Origin: Macrostomum lignano
Taxonomy: Eukaryota
Assembly (NCBI GenBank): GCA_002269645.1
Contig: NIVC01002003.1
Span: 62,001-126,000, forward strand
Length of the DNA: 64,000 nucleotides
Reading direction: 5' to 3'
Under the pieces are notes generated by a model. The model was given only the letters and a program-made list of their open reading frames with translations, did no database searches and was not told the origin of the DNA. Below are positions 53,801 to 64,000 of this stretch, one piece after another; the first letter of the stretch is position 1, and every line of letters starts with the position of its first letter. The position numbers and the translations under genes were made by a program.

Positions 53801-56800
53801 GCGCCACTAACAGATCCAGTTTGGGCGCCATTCACAGCTCCAGTTTTGGCGCCATTTACAGATCCAGTTTTTGCGCCATTTACAATTCTGGATTTGGCGC
53901 CATTTACAGATCCAGTTTTTGCGCCATTTACAATTCTGGATTTGGCGCCATTTACAGATCCAGTTTTGGCGCCATTTACAGCTCCAGTTTTGGCGCCATT
54001 TACAGATCCAGTTTTGGCGCCATTTACAGCTCCAGTTTTGGCGCCATTTACAGATCCAGTTTTGGCGCCATTTACAGCTCCAGTTTTGGCGCCATTTACA
54101 GCTCCAGTTTTGGCGCCATTTACAGCTCCAGTTTTGGCGCCATTTACAGATCCAGTTTTGGCGCCATAAGCAGGTCCAGTTTTGGCGCCAATAAATAACA
54201 CACCTAATTTGTTGAGGCAATTAAAATGCCATCCGTTTTTACGATCCGCCACTGTCATCTTCAGTTATTTTAATTATTTGAATTTACAATTCACAAGACT
54301 ATTAGCTGTTTTTGTACTAAAATTAGCAGTTGTAAAATATATAACTTAACAGTGCTCAGAAATCTTCTTTCAATACAAAAGTAATATAGATTATAAGAAT
54401 TTTAAGTCGGCACATTGTAGAAGAGTACATAAGTGCCTAGTTTCAGTTCATTAATTGAATCCAGTTTCAACAAGTTTGAATTCTGTGCTTTTGTATTTCT
54501 TTCCTGAATTTATGAATTTAGTCTAAGACAGAATTATAGCTCTGCAGTCGATGACTCACTCTGCCGAAATGCCGGCAAGACTTAAAGAATTATCGAGTTC
54601 GGTATATAATCCAGTTTAGTCAGACTTAAGGAAGTTTTTCTTTCGCTAGAAAATCTATCAATACTCCACTCTGGAGGATGGGTTATTGAATTCCATTTTT
54701 TTATCTTTCAACTCTTCGGCTTTCGTCTCTGCCTTTTTTCTGTCTGATAAGTATTTTTTTCGTCCTATTCTCTGTCTGCCTCAATATACAGTTCTTTTTT
54801 TCTCTAGTGGTAATTGCATTGGGAATTTGACTTGATAATTGTATTTGCAGTTATCTCTCAATAGTATTTTATTACGTATTATCACTTGATGGTGAGTTTC
54901 TCCTATCGTCATGCTTTATCATGAGATTGTACATTCTCATGCAGAATCATTATTCAAAGGGTGAGATTCTCATACAGGATCATATTTCCCAGGGTGAGAT
55001 TCTCATGCAGGATCATCTTTCCCAGGATGAGATTCTCATATAGGACCATCCTTCCCAGGGTGAGGTTCTCATGTAGGAGCATCTGTTCCAGGGTTTAGAT
55101 TCTCATATCAGATTACGAGTATCATTCTCAGGATGAGATTCTCATGTACAAGCATCTTTTCCAGGTTGATCTTTTCATATCAGATTATCATTCTCAGGGT
55201 GAGATTCTCATGTAGGATTATCATTTTCAGGGTGAGATTCTCATGTAAGAGCATCTTTCCCAGAGATTCTCATATCCGATTGTCATTCTCAGGGAGAGAT
55301 TATCATGTAGAAAAATCTTTCCCAGGGTGAGATTCTCATGTAGAATAATCTTTCCCATGGTGAGATTGTCATATAGAAGCACCTTTCTTCTGGTGTAGGA
55401 GCATCTTTTTCCTACTGAGTTTCTCATGTAAAGTAATCTTTCCCAGGGTGAGATCTCCTGTGGGATCATCTCTCTCAAAGTAAAATTCTCATATCCGATT
55501 GCCATTCTCAGGGTGAGATTTTCATGTAGGGTTATCTTTCCCATGTTGAGATTTAAACGCAGGATCATAATTTTTGGAATGAGATTCTCGTGGGATTATT
55601 ATAATTACTGGGTATGATTTTTTATTATGATATGTGGGATTATCATCCCCATGATTTAGGCTTTCCTGTAGCATCCAGTATTTGTTTAAGTATGCAGATT
55701 GTGACTGTCTGTAATTTAATATAAACAGTGCATCTTTTCAGCGAGTCGTAAGTTTCTAAAAAGAAATCTAAGAGTTTGAAACGGACTAAGCCATGAAGGC
55801 GTTGCGCGGTCTGCCAAACAGGGCGCCACTGCCTCCAAAATCGCCTTCTGCAACTTCACAACACGGCGTTAATCCACAGTGCTTCGATCCGTTGCCATGG
55901 GAAACGTATTTTGATAAGCGCGATTTTGCTAGAGTTGAACGAACTGATTGCTCCGGCTCATTTTGCTACTACGTTAAAGAGACTCAACCAGAGGATGCCG
56001 CTAATGCTGCTCACAACGATATGCCAGCCTCTCCGGGAGGCATCTCAGCTCCTCCTGTCCAGTCGCCTCCGTTGGTGTTTCTGCTTCACGGCGGCGGCTT
56101 CTCCGGCCTGTCCTGGGCCGCCATGAGCGCCAGTCTTGTCGGCAAGGTTGTCTGTAGATGCGTATCGTTCGACATTAGAGGTCACGGCGACAGTGTGTTA
56201 GATGAAAAAAGTCCAGAAGATGATGGAAGACACAATGATATGGACTTTTCTCTTGACGCGCTCACTAACGATGCCGCATCACTGTTGAACTGCCTGTTGG
56301 AGTCGTCTGACTTTTCTGCTAATCCCCCGTCTGGTGTGGTACTGATCGGTCACAGCATGGGCGGTGCCATTGCTACCCACCTGGCTTACAGCGGCCTGTG
56401 CCCTCTGCCAGTCTGCGCATTAGTTGTTATCGACGTTGTGGAAGGTTCCGCTATGGAAGCCCTGAGCAGTATGAGAGGCTATCTGGCTAGTAGGCCGAGT
56501 AGGTTCCCCAGTCTCCAGGCTGCTATTCAGTGGTGCTATCGGTCCGGCACAGTGCATAACTTGGACTCTGCTAGGGTCAGCTTCCCAGGCCATCTGAAAC
56601 TTGTCAATCCGTCCGAACGGCAACAGCAGAAGCAGAAAGACCAGGAGGAGCCGAAACAACCTCGTCACTCAGTGGCAAGTTCAGCTATCACAGAGGAACC
56701 AGAAGAAGAAGATGAGGAACAAGCAGACTCTGCAGATTCCATGCAATCAAAACAGCTATCTTTGCCTGGCCTTTCACTCCGGGGTCCAGCCTTGCTGAAT

Positions 56801-59800
56801 TCTCGCTCAAATAAGCCTCCATTGCCGATGGCTGCTGCTACAGCTGCCGACAACAGGCCTAGTTATCGATCTGCTCAGCAGGTTGATCCAACTCAGCCCT
56901 ACTACACCTGGCGAATCGATTTGAGCAGTACAGAGTCGCATTGGTCAGGCTGGTTCCACGGAATGTCGCGTAAATTTCTTGAAGTACCTGCGGCAAAGAT
57001 GCTACTGTTGGCGGGTGTTGACCGGTTGGATCGAGAGCTGACAGTCGGTCAGATGCAGGGCAAATTTCAGATGCAGTTGCTGCACCGGTCTGGCCACGCG
57101 GTTCACGAGGATCATCCGGAACACGTTGCGGAGGTGCTGGCCTCGTTTCTCGTCCGGCACAAGCTGGCCAGAGCTTTAGCTGACTTCCATCCTGCACCGC
57201 CAGGCTGTTGACCTTATTGTTGACTGCCTCTCTTCATCTGAGAATGCAAATTTCTTTGCTAATACGAGACACTTCCGACTCAATGGGGTATTTATTTAAA
57301 GTCAGATTTTTACAGTCAAAACAATGCATTGGCAAGATTGAAATTTGGATGATATTAAAAACGAATATTTTAATACGTAACATCTTCTGGACTGTCAAAG
57401 ATTAACTGAATTTGATGTTGAAAAGCTTGTAAACGAAAATTGACCCGTTGGATTGTCACACCTAAGTCGCAAGGGCCAGGCCTGACGATTAGAACGGAAT
57501 ATATAAATTGGCAGAATTACCTCACTGCTTGCTGTGGGACGAAACTTATCAGAGGTAGAGGTCTGTGTGCACCCTGGCGCACTTTAAGCGACATGCATTG
57601 TCACACAACCGTTTCGCCGACTTCCCTGAGCAGGCACACAAGCGCGCGGATACGTACGCAGTCATACGCACAGGCACACACTCACACAGGAGTGCACAGC
57701 GGCCCTAACTTTACAACCGCTAGAACAATGGGCTACGGCCCCCTAAAATACTGTAGCTCATTACAAAACACCTTTTTAACGAAATAAGATCTACAGAAAA
57801 ATCTTTTTGTAGAGAAACGCACTTTTTCTGCTTTTTTTCAATCTTGCTAATGTATTTCAAATCGAAAAAAATATTATGATTTCGTGTTAAGCTCTCTTTG
57901 TAGACGTCGGTTTTTGCACCTTGGAATGTTTTCAAAGCAATTATAGAAAGACACAAAGGAAGGCCTTTTTCTTTGTTGAGCTCAGCGACTCAACGAGATG
58001 AAGAATTAGAAAGAAAAAGTTGAATTAGAGTTCAGGGGATGCATGCTTCAAGACCTTAAGTCGAACCGTATTTCCGGATATTTTTATACCTTCATTATCA
58101 AGTTTGAAATTTGCTCGAACAGAAAAATTTCTGTTTGTCACGAAAGCTGTCGCGATGTCATTTTGTCTGTCGCTTTGTATTATCAAACACAATAAATATA
58201 AATATAAATTTCGAATGTCTTTGTTGTACTCTTGTGTATAAAAAATTATAAAAAGTTTTAAAATGCACACAATTTTTGCAAAAAAAACTCAATCATATTT
58301 TGGGATTTTCATTTTCCAATGTGTTTTTCATTTAAACGAACCTGAGCGTCTCGTGGTCAAAACATGCTTTAGAAATTTTTAGATTTTGATTACCGGTATA
58401 TCAATTTCGACTAGATGCTCAGCTATTATAACTAACTGCATTCGGCATTATGAAGGTATCGAATTCCTCCTAATTGTTCTGTCCAAGCCAATTATCGATT
58501 TAATTACAGGCTCAGGCAGTGTGGCTTGCCCTAACCCCGCCTCAGCACACCCCCTGGCAACCAAATCTCTGATGACGATTGACTAGAAAAATTATCATCC
58601 TTTTTTACCTTTCTCTGTACCTAATTTTCTTATTGCCTTTTGAAGTTCTTTCCGCGGAATACATGAGGCTTTCGATTGGCATTTCGATTGGCACTAACAA
58701 TCTTATAGCTGCTCACAATTGGATACCGACATTTCTAAGCCTCTGAAGATAGGGAATCTATTATTTTACAGTCCTAAAATATCAATAGTTATGATAGTTA
58801 TAATTCCCGTCATTTTGAGGTCAGCCAGATTTGAAGTTCAAATACTAAGTAGCTGTCCGACGAAATATGGGTCTAAATCTCTCGCAGTAAAAATGCTGTC
58901 AATGCAAGTTTCCATACAGACCCTGCGACAATTCAACTGACAAGATGGCAGAGGCAGATGTACGAGCCTAAGTCAATTTTGCCTAAAGAGAAATATCATC
59001 TAATAGAATCTAATGCAGGCGTCAGGCCAGACCGCCTCGAATATTGAATTCCGTTTCTAATTTGAACAATTCGACTTGTGATGTCTGCTTTGAAAACGAA
59101 AAATTGGCAATTTTGCTTCCTTTGTCCGCCCGATTGCTTAGCCCACGCAAAAGGAATAAAGCGAAAAGAGGTCTGAGGGTAGCAGATCCCACCGAAGGAT
59201 CTGAGAGGATAGCAGATCCCACCGAAGGATCTGAGAGGGTAGCAGATCCCACCGAAGGATCTAAGTGGGTAGCAGATCCCAACGAAGGATCTGAGAGGGT
59301 AGCAGATCTCACCAAAGGATCTGAGAGGGTAGCAGATCTCACCAAAGGATCTGAGAGGGTAGCAGATCCTACCGAAAAATCTGAGGGTAGCAGATCTCAC
59401 CGAAGGATCTGAGAGGGAAGCAGATCCCACTGAAGGATCTGAGAGGGAAGCATCTGAAGGATCTGAGAGGGTAGCAGATCCCACCAAAGGATCTGAGAGG
59501 GTAGCAGATCCCACCGAAGGATCTGAGAGGGTAGCAGATCCCACCGAAGGATCTGAGAGGGTAGCAGATCCCACTGAAGGATCTGAGAGGGTAGCAGATC
59601 CCACCAAAGGATCTGAGATGTACAAACGTACTCTGAAAGACCATTGCAAGCCGTGCCTTGTTAAATTTGGTAGTTAAAATAAAGTTACACTCAGTACATG
59701 CTCCATAAACCGCCACAGAGTCCGGACCAACTGTATCCGAGCGCAAGCTGCCAGTCGTGATATTTGTTCACGGCGAGAGCTACGAATGGGGCACCGGAAA

Positions 59801-60721
59801 TGCCTACGATTTGAGCGTCTTTGCCAGCTACAATCAGTTGGTTGCGATTTCGCTAAATTATCGAATTGGAACACTGGGTAAAATTATGTTAGACATAAAG
59901 CACTTATTCTACTCATGCCATTCACACCTGTTAGAGCTCCTCATGGTCAACACCCACACGTGTTAGCCGCATATGCTAGACGTCCGTACCTGTTAGACAT
60001 CCACACCTGTTATACTAGACATTTACACCTGTTAGACATCCACACCTGTTAGACATTTACACCTGTTAGACATCCACACCTGTTAGACATCTACACCTGT
60101 TAGACATCCACACCTGTTAGATATCCACCCTGTTGATATCCACACCTGTTAGATATCCACACCTGTTAGACATCCACACCTGTTGGATATCCACACCTGT
60201 TAGACATCCACACCTGTTAGATATCTACACTTGTTAGACATCCACACCTGTTAGATATTCACACCTGTTAGATATTCACACCTGTTAGATATCCACACCT
60301 GTTAGACATCCACACTTGTTAGATATTCACACCTGTTAGATATTCACACCTGTTAGATATCCACACCTGTTAGATATCTACACCTGTTAGACATCCACAC
60401 CTGTTAGATGCTGTTAGATATTCACACCTGTTAGATATTCACACCTGTTAGATATCCACACCTGTTAGACCTGTTAGACATTCTACAACACTTAAGTCAC
60501 CTCAAGTCCCCCCAATCTACACTGTTTTTTCACAGGCTTCTTCGCTACAGAAGACGGTTCAGCCAAGGGCAACTACGCGCTGATGGATCTGAGAGACGCG
60601 GTGCAGTGGGTGCACGCCAACGCTGCACAGTTCGGCGGTGACCCCGCCAGCATCACCCTGATGGGTCACGGCTACGGTGCAGCTCTGGTGTCGCTGCTTA
60701 TGGCATCCAAGTTTGCCCAGG
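41859..60721 (+). CDS. Neuroligin-like, catalytically inactive cholinesterase-fold protein; 5' exons only, continues beyond the window
   Basis: Exon 41859-42462 has a hydrophobic signal peptide, YLGLQYA, VCPQ and QDEECLYLNVYRP. It joins in phase 1 to exon 59719-59877 (KLPVVIFVHGESYEWGTGN..LNYRIGTLG) and then exon 60536-60721 (KGNYALMD..FGGDPASITLMGHGYGAALVSLL). The nucleophile elbow is GHGYG with no Ser, typical of neuroligins. Confidence 0.85.
51427..51901. mobile_element. Putative MITE or Helentron-associated-type element with 11-bp inverted repeats and an ~80-bp tandem core
   Basis: CTTATAACTAT (51427-51437) and ATAGTTATAAG (51891-51901) are a perfect inverted pair. They enclose 4.5 copies of an ~80-bp unit starting at 51509, 51587, 51667, 51748 and 51828. 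Confidence 0.5.
53345..53653 (+). CDS. MRPS36: MRPS36/KGD4-like alpha-ketoglutarate dehydrogenase adaptor subunit, 102 aa, nested in neuroligin intron 1
   Basis: N-terminal VKRHQPLIKFPSRR and C-terminal LEARYQRQRIDDREIEAINSGGA match the two conserved blocks of MRPS36/KGD4 (human approx. VKPHTPLIRFPDRR ... YRRKLVSQEEMEFIQRGG, recalled from memory). Size matches, and there is a mitochondrial-presequence-like N-terminus. Confidence 0.8.
   Translation: MSYQSTSLLIRALLLPNAWQRSCCLATVAAVKRHQPLIKFPSRRNGGVASSTGSQRSARPSLSASQSGNWKEDFMTLEARYQRQRIDDREIEAINSGGASLY
53750..54190. repeat. 24-bp minisatellite (TTTTGGCGCCATTTACAGCTCCAG) 3' of MRPS36
   Basis: About 17 copies. Confidence 0.95.
54892..55741 (+). 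other. Putative 5'-UTR intron of PPME1
   Basis: Strong donor G|GTGAGT at 54892 and acceptor CATCTTTTCAG| at 55741 bracket the repeat. A candidate 41-nt non-coding exon lies at 54851-54891 (preceded by TTTGCAG). Confidence 0.4.
54895..55650. repeat. Degenerate ~33-bp repeat (GGTGAGATTCTCATGTAGGATCATCTTTCCCAG) upstream of PPME1
   Basis: About 22 diverged copies. Confidence 0.85.
55793..57211 (+). CDS. PPME1: Protein phosphatase methylesterase 1 (PME-1), 472 aa, no intron in CDS, nested in neuroligin intron 1
   Basis: Alpha/beta hydrolase with LLHGGGFSGLSWA, DIRGHG, GHSMGG (nucleophile), IDVVEG, YTWRIDL, LLLAGVDRLDRELTVGQMQGKFQMQ and GHAVHED. Confidence 0.95.
   Translation: MKALRGLPNRAPLPPKSPSATSQHGVNPQCFDPLPWETYFDKRDFARVERTDCSGSFCYYVKETQPEDAANAAHNDMPASPGGISAPPVQSPPLVFLLHGGGFSGLSWAAMSASLVGKVVCRCVSFDIRGHGDSVLDEKSPEDDGRHNDMDFSLDALTNDAASLLNCLLESSDFSANPPSGVVLIGHSMGGAIATHLAYSGLCPLPVCALVVIDVVEGSAMEALSSMRGYLASRPSRFPSLQAAIQWCYRSGTVHNLDSARVSFPGHLKLVNPSERQQQKQKDQEEPKQPRHSVASSAITEEPEEEDEEQADSADSMQSKQLSLPGLSLRGPALLNSRSNKPPLPMAAATAADNRPSYRSAQQVDPTQPYYTWRIDLSSTESHWSGWFHGMSRKFLEVPAAKMLLLAGVDRLDRELTVGQMQGKFQMQLLHRSGHAVHEDHPEHVAEVLASFLVRHKLARALADFHPAPPGC
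57590..57745 (+). repeat. Dispersed repeat (SINE/MITE-like fragment), copy A
   Basis: CCTGAGCAGGCACACAAGCGCGCGGATACGTACGCAGTCATACGCACAGGCACACACTCACACAGGAGTG is identical at ~60850-60920. Both copies are followed by GGGCTACGGCCCCCT. Confidence 0.8.
59172..59618. repeat. 30-bp hairpin minisatellite (GAGGGTAGCAGATCCCACCGAAGGATCTGA)
   Basis: About 15 copies; each has CAGATCC-N7-GGATCTG. Confidence 0.95.
59985..60480. repeat. 17-bp minisatellite (CACACCTGTTAGACATC) in neuroligin intron 2
   Basis: About 29 copies. Confidence 0.95.
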
Positions 60722-60799
60722 GTGAGCCAATATTTGTGCTAAAAATTCCCTACCAAAGTGCCTGCACCCCTAAGTTCGATTCGTCGCTGAGTGTACAAC

Positions 60800-61045
60800 C
60801 CTGTGTCACACAACCGGCGAGAGGCATTGCTGCCGATTCCGCAGACTCCCCTGAGCAGGCACACAAGCGCGCGGATACGTACGCAGTCATACGCACAGGC
60901 ACACACTCACACAGGAGTGTACACTTCACTGCGCCTTGGGGGTTGGCCCTCACAGCCGTTAATTGCACGAGCAGAGCCAAGCCGAGATTCCAATTCAGCC
61001 CTAAATTAATGCGACTGCACTTGGAATCGAGCCTGGGCTACGGCC
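60800..61045 (+). repeat. Dispersed repeat, copy B (neuroligin intron 3)
   Basis: See copy A. Confidence 0.8.
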
Positions 61046-61626
61046 CCCTTCAAAGCTACATGGTTTTATTTGACTAAAAGTGCAGGACATGCGGACACAG
61101 CAGTCCGAGGCCGGTGATTTATTTCCCAATGATGTCTTAAAATATTTATTGCAGCATCAGGGAGTGTGGCTTGGAGCGCAGGTTCTAGAGAACACCGCCA
61201 CAATGATATCCTAATGTACCGGTTTTGATCCAGAGTCTGTCCAAGGACCATTGTTAGACAAATGTAGATCGTGGCTGTACTTCATTCTTTTGATGTTGGC
61301 GCGCGGTTCCGGATATCTGGGATATACGCGCAGTCTGACACGTTGATTTACGGTTGGTCATGAGGAATTTATTGTATGGGGAAAGCATTGAACACTTCAG
61401 TTAGTGGACTTGAGACCGCTGTGAGCTTCATCTGCCTTGTTAACTCTGCAATCTGGGATCAAGTCACTGGTGCGTGCGGTTTGAGGTCAACCATTGAGAA
61501 TTCTCAGTGGCTTCATGCTGATTTAATGCTTGGCAAATATTGGCTTTGGAAAACTTGGATTTTGATTCTGAATTATATTTATTGTCCTAAACGTTCCGGT
61601 CTCACTCACTGTCTGTCTCCCAACTC

Positions 61627-61825
<199 letters not shown>

Positions 61826-61864
61826 TTTGATCTATTCATCTAGTATTCTTCTCTCTAGTAATTC

Positions 61865-62260
61865 TCTCTAGTAAGCCTTGACATCGCAGAAATTCTCTCC
61901 AGTAAGCCTTGACAACTCAGCAATTCCCCCAGTAAGCCTTGAAATCCCAGCAATTCCCCCAGTAAGCCTTGACATCTCAGCAATTCCCCCAGTAAGCCTT
62001 GACATCTCAGCAATTCCCCCAGTAAGCCTTGGCATCTCAGCAATTCCCCCAGTAAGCCTTGACATCTCAGCAATTCCCCCAGTAAGCCTTGACATCTCAG
62101 CAATTCCCCCAGTAAGCCTTGAAATCTCAGAAATTCCCCCAGTAAGCCTTGACATCTCAGCAATTCCCCCAGTAAGCCTTGACATCTCAGCCATTCCCCA
62201 GTAAGCCTTGAAATCTCAGCAATTCCCCCCAGTAAGCTTTGACATCGCAGCAATTATGCT
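61865..62260. repeat. 30-bp minisatellite (AGTAAGCCTTGACATCTCAGCAATTCCCCC)
   Basis: About 13 copies. Confidence 0.95.
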
Positions 62261-63002
62261 TGAGTCTTGACATCAAAGCAATTTCCCACACCAGCCTTGA
62301 CATCTTAGCAATTCCCAGTGATTATTTTATGCTCGACAGGTAGCTTCTCTTATGGTTGACATGGTGATTCTTTTTCGCTTTTTCTTGCGTTGAGTCTATA
62401 AGTTCTGTCCCGCATTTAGCAGTTCCTCATTTACTTTCAGTTCTCCTCAGTCGCCATCACTCTTATCCTCTAGCAGCAAATGCAGTCCAGCTCTTTTGTC
62501 CCCTCTGCCTCTCTCTCCCATGTTTCTGTGCAACAGCCCTAACCCCGTTAAAGCAAGGAAATCGTTTTGCATAATTTATCCCCCCACCACTGTAGGAGAA
62601 GTGGCCTTGTGGCGTGAGTAGACCTCTCAAAGAATTAGATAGTCCATCCATTTCATTCACAGGTAGCAGTATGAGTGATATGTTTTAGCAATAAAAACGC
62701 ACATATACAAGCTTTGGATAGGCATGTCAGAAGGACAGGAGACTCAAGGGGGAGACAAACGGGACTGGGGTAACTTTGGTGCGTTTTTTTTCCAAAATAC
62801 TTGAGTCATAGTTGATTCTTTTTCACATTTTTTGTGGTAATTCACATGCGTTAACTGAATTATTATTTTTTAATGCTAAACTGCGTTTTTTTGGAAGGCA
62901 GCTTTTGATGTTTTGCGCTGGTTATACTAAATCAATAGCTTCTGTCAGAAGGACATGCAACTGGTGTTCTCAGTGCCAAGCTTGGTTTGTCAGGGGCTGT
63001 GC

Positions 63003-64000
63003 TAATATTTGTGTCAGGATTGTGCTAATATTTGTGTCAGTAGTGGGCTAATATTTGTGTCAGGAGTGTGCTAATATTTATGTCAGGATTGTGCTAATAT
63101 TTGTGTCAGTAGTGGGCTAATATTTGTGTCAGTAGTGGGCTAATATTTGTGTCAGGATTGTGCTAATATTTGTGTCAGGATTGTGCTAATATTTGTGTCA
63201 GGATTGTGCTAATATTTGTGTCAGGATTGTGCTAATATTTGTGTCAGGATTGTGCTAATATTTGTGTCAGTAGTGGGCTAATATTTGTGTCAGGAGTGTG
63301 CTAATATTTGTGTCAGGAGTGTGCTAATATTTGTGTCAGGATTGTGCTAATATTTGTGTCAGGATTGTGCTAATATTTGTGTCAGGATTGTGCTAATATT
63401 TGTGTCAGGATTGTGCTAATATTTGTGTCAGGAGTGTGCTAATATTTGTGTCAGGATTGTGCTAATATTTGTGTCAGGATTGTGCTAATATTTGTGTCAG
63501 TAGTGGGCTAATATTTGTGTCAGTAGTGGGCTAATATTTGTGTCAGCAGTGGGCTAATATTTGTGTCAGGGGTGTGCTAAAATTTGTGTCAGGGGTGGGC
63601 TAATTTTTGTGTCAGCAGCTGGCTAATATTTGTGTCAGGAGTGTGCTAATATTTGTGTCAGTAGTGGGCTAATATTTGTGTCAGCAGTGGGCTAATATTT
63701 GTGTCAGGGGTGTGCTAATATTTGTGTCAGTAGTGGGCTAATATTTGTGTCAGCAGTGGGCTAATATTTGTGTCAGGGGTGTGCTAAAATTTGTGTCAGG
63801 GGTGGGCTAATTTTTGTGTCAGCAGCTGGCTAATATTTGTGTCAGGAGTGTGCTAATATTTGTGTCAAGGGTGTGCTAATATTTGTGTCAGGGGTGTGCT
63901 AATATTTGTGTCAGGAGTGTGCTAATATTTGTGTCAAGGGTGTGCTAATATTTGTGTCAGCAGCTGGCTAATATTTGTGTCAGGAGTGTGCTAATATTTG
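63003..64000. repeat. 23-bp minisatellite (GCTAATATTTGTGTCAGGATTGT) running off the window end
   Basis: More than 40 copies. Confidence 0.95.

Noticed and set aside
59172-59618. CRISPR-like palindromic 30-bp repeats
   Set aside because: No unique spacers, no cas genes and a eukaryotic intronic context. Kept only as a hairpin minisatellite.

Overview
Eukaryotic (metazoan, invertebrate) genomic DNA with spliced genes. There is no prokaryotic system, CRISPR array or recognisable rRNA/tRNA gene. Seven genes could be reconstructed by hand, all on the + strand, using GT-AG introns with consistent phases: (1) the 3' part of DNA polymerase alpha catalytic subunit POLA1 (5 exons, 49-13417); (2) a complete TBK1/IKK-epsilon-like kinase (11 exons, 776 aa, 15193-26566); (3) the CCA-adding enzyme TRNT1 (3 exons, 500 aa); (4) TRAPPC2/sedlin (CDS without introns); (5) the 5' part of a neuroligin-like cholinesterase-fold adhesion gene (from 41859, continuing past the window); and, inside the 17.3-kb first intron of the neuroligin-like gene, (6) MRPS36/KGD4 and (7) PP2A methylesterase PPME1. 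Almost every intron (16 of 18 complete coding introns) is filled with a minisatellite, mostly a different one per intron. Most long ORFs in the supplied track are translations of these repeats. POLA1 intron 3 also holds a head-to-tail dimer of a non-autonomous Helitron-like element. The gene style and repeat-filled introns remind me of the flatworm Macrostomum, but that assignment is inference only. Exon boundaries are hand-derived; repeat boundaries and copy numbers are approximate.
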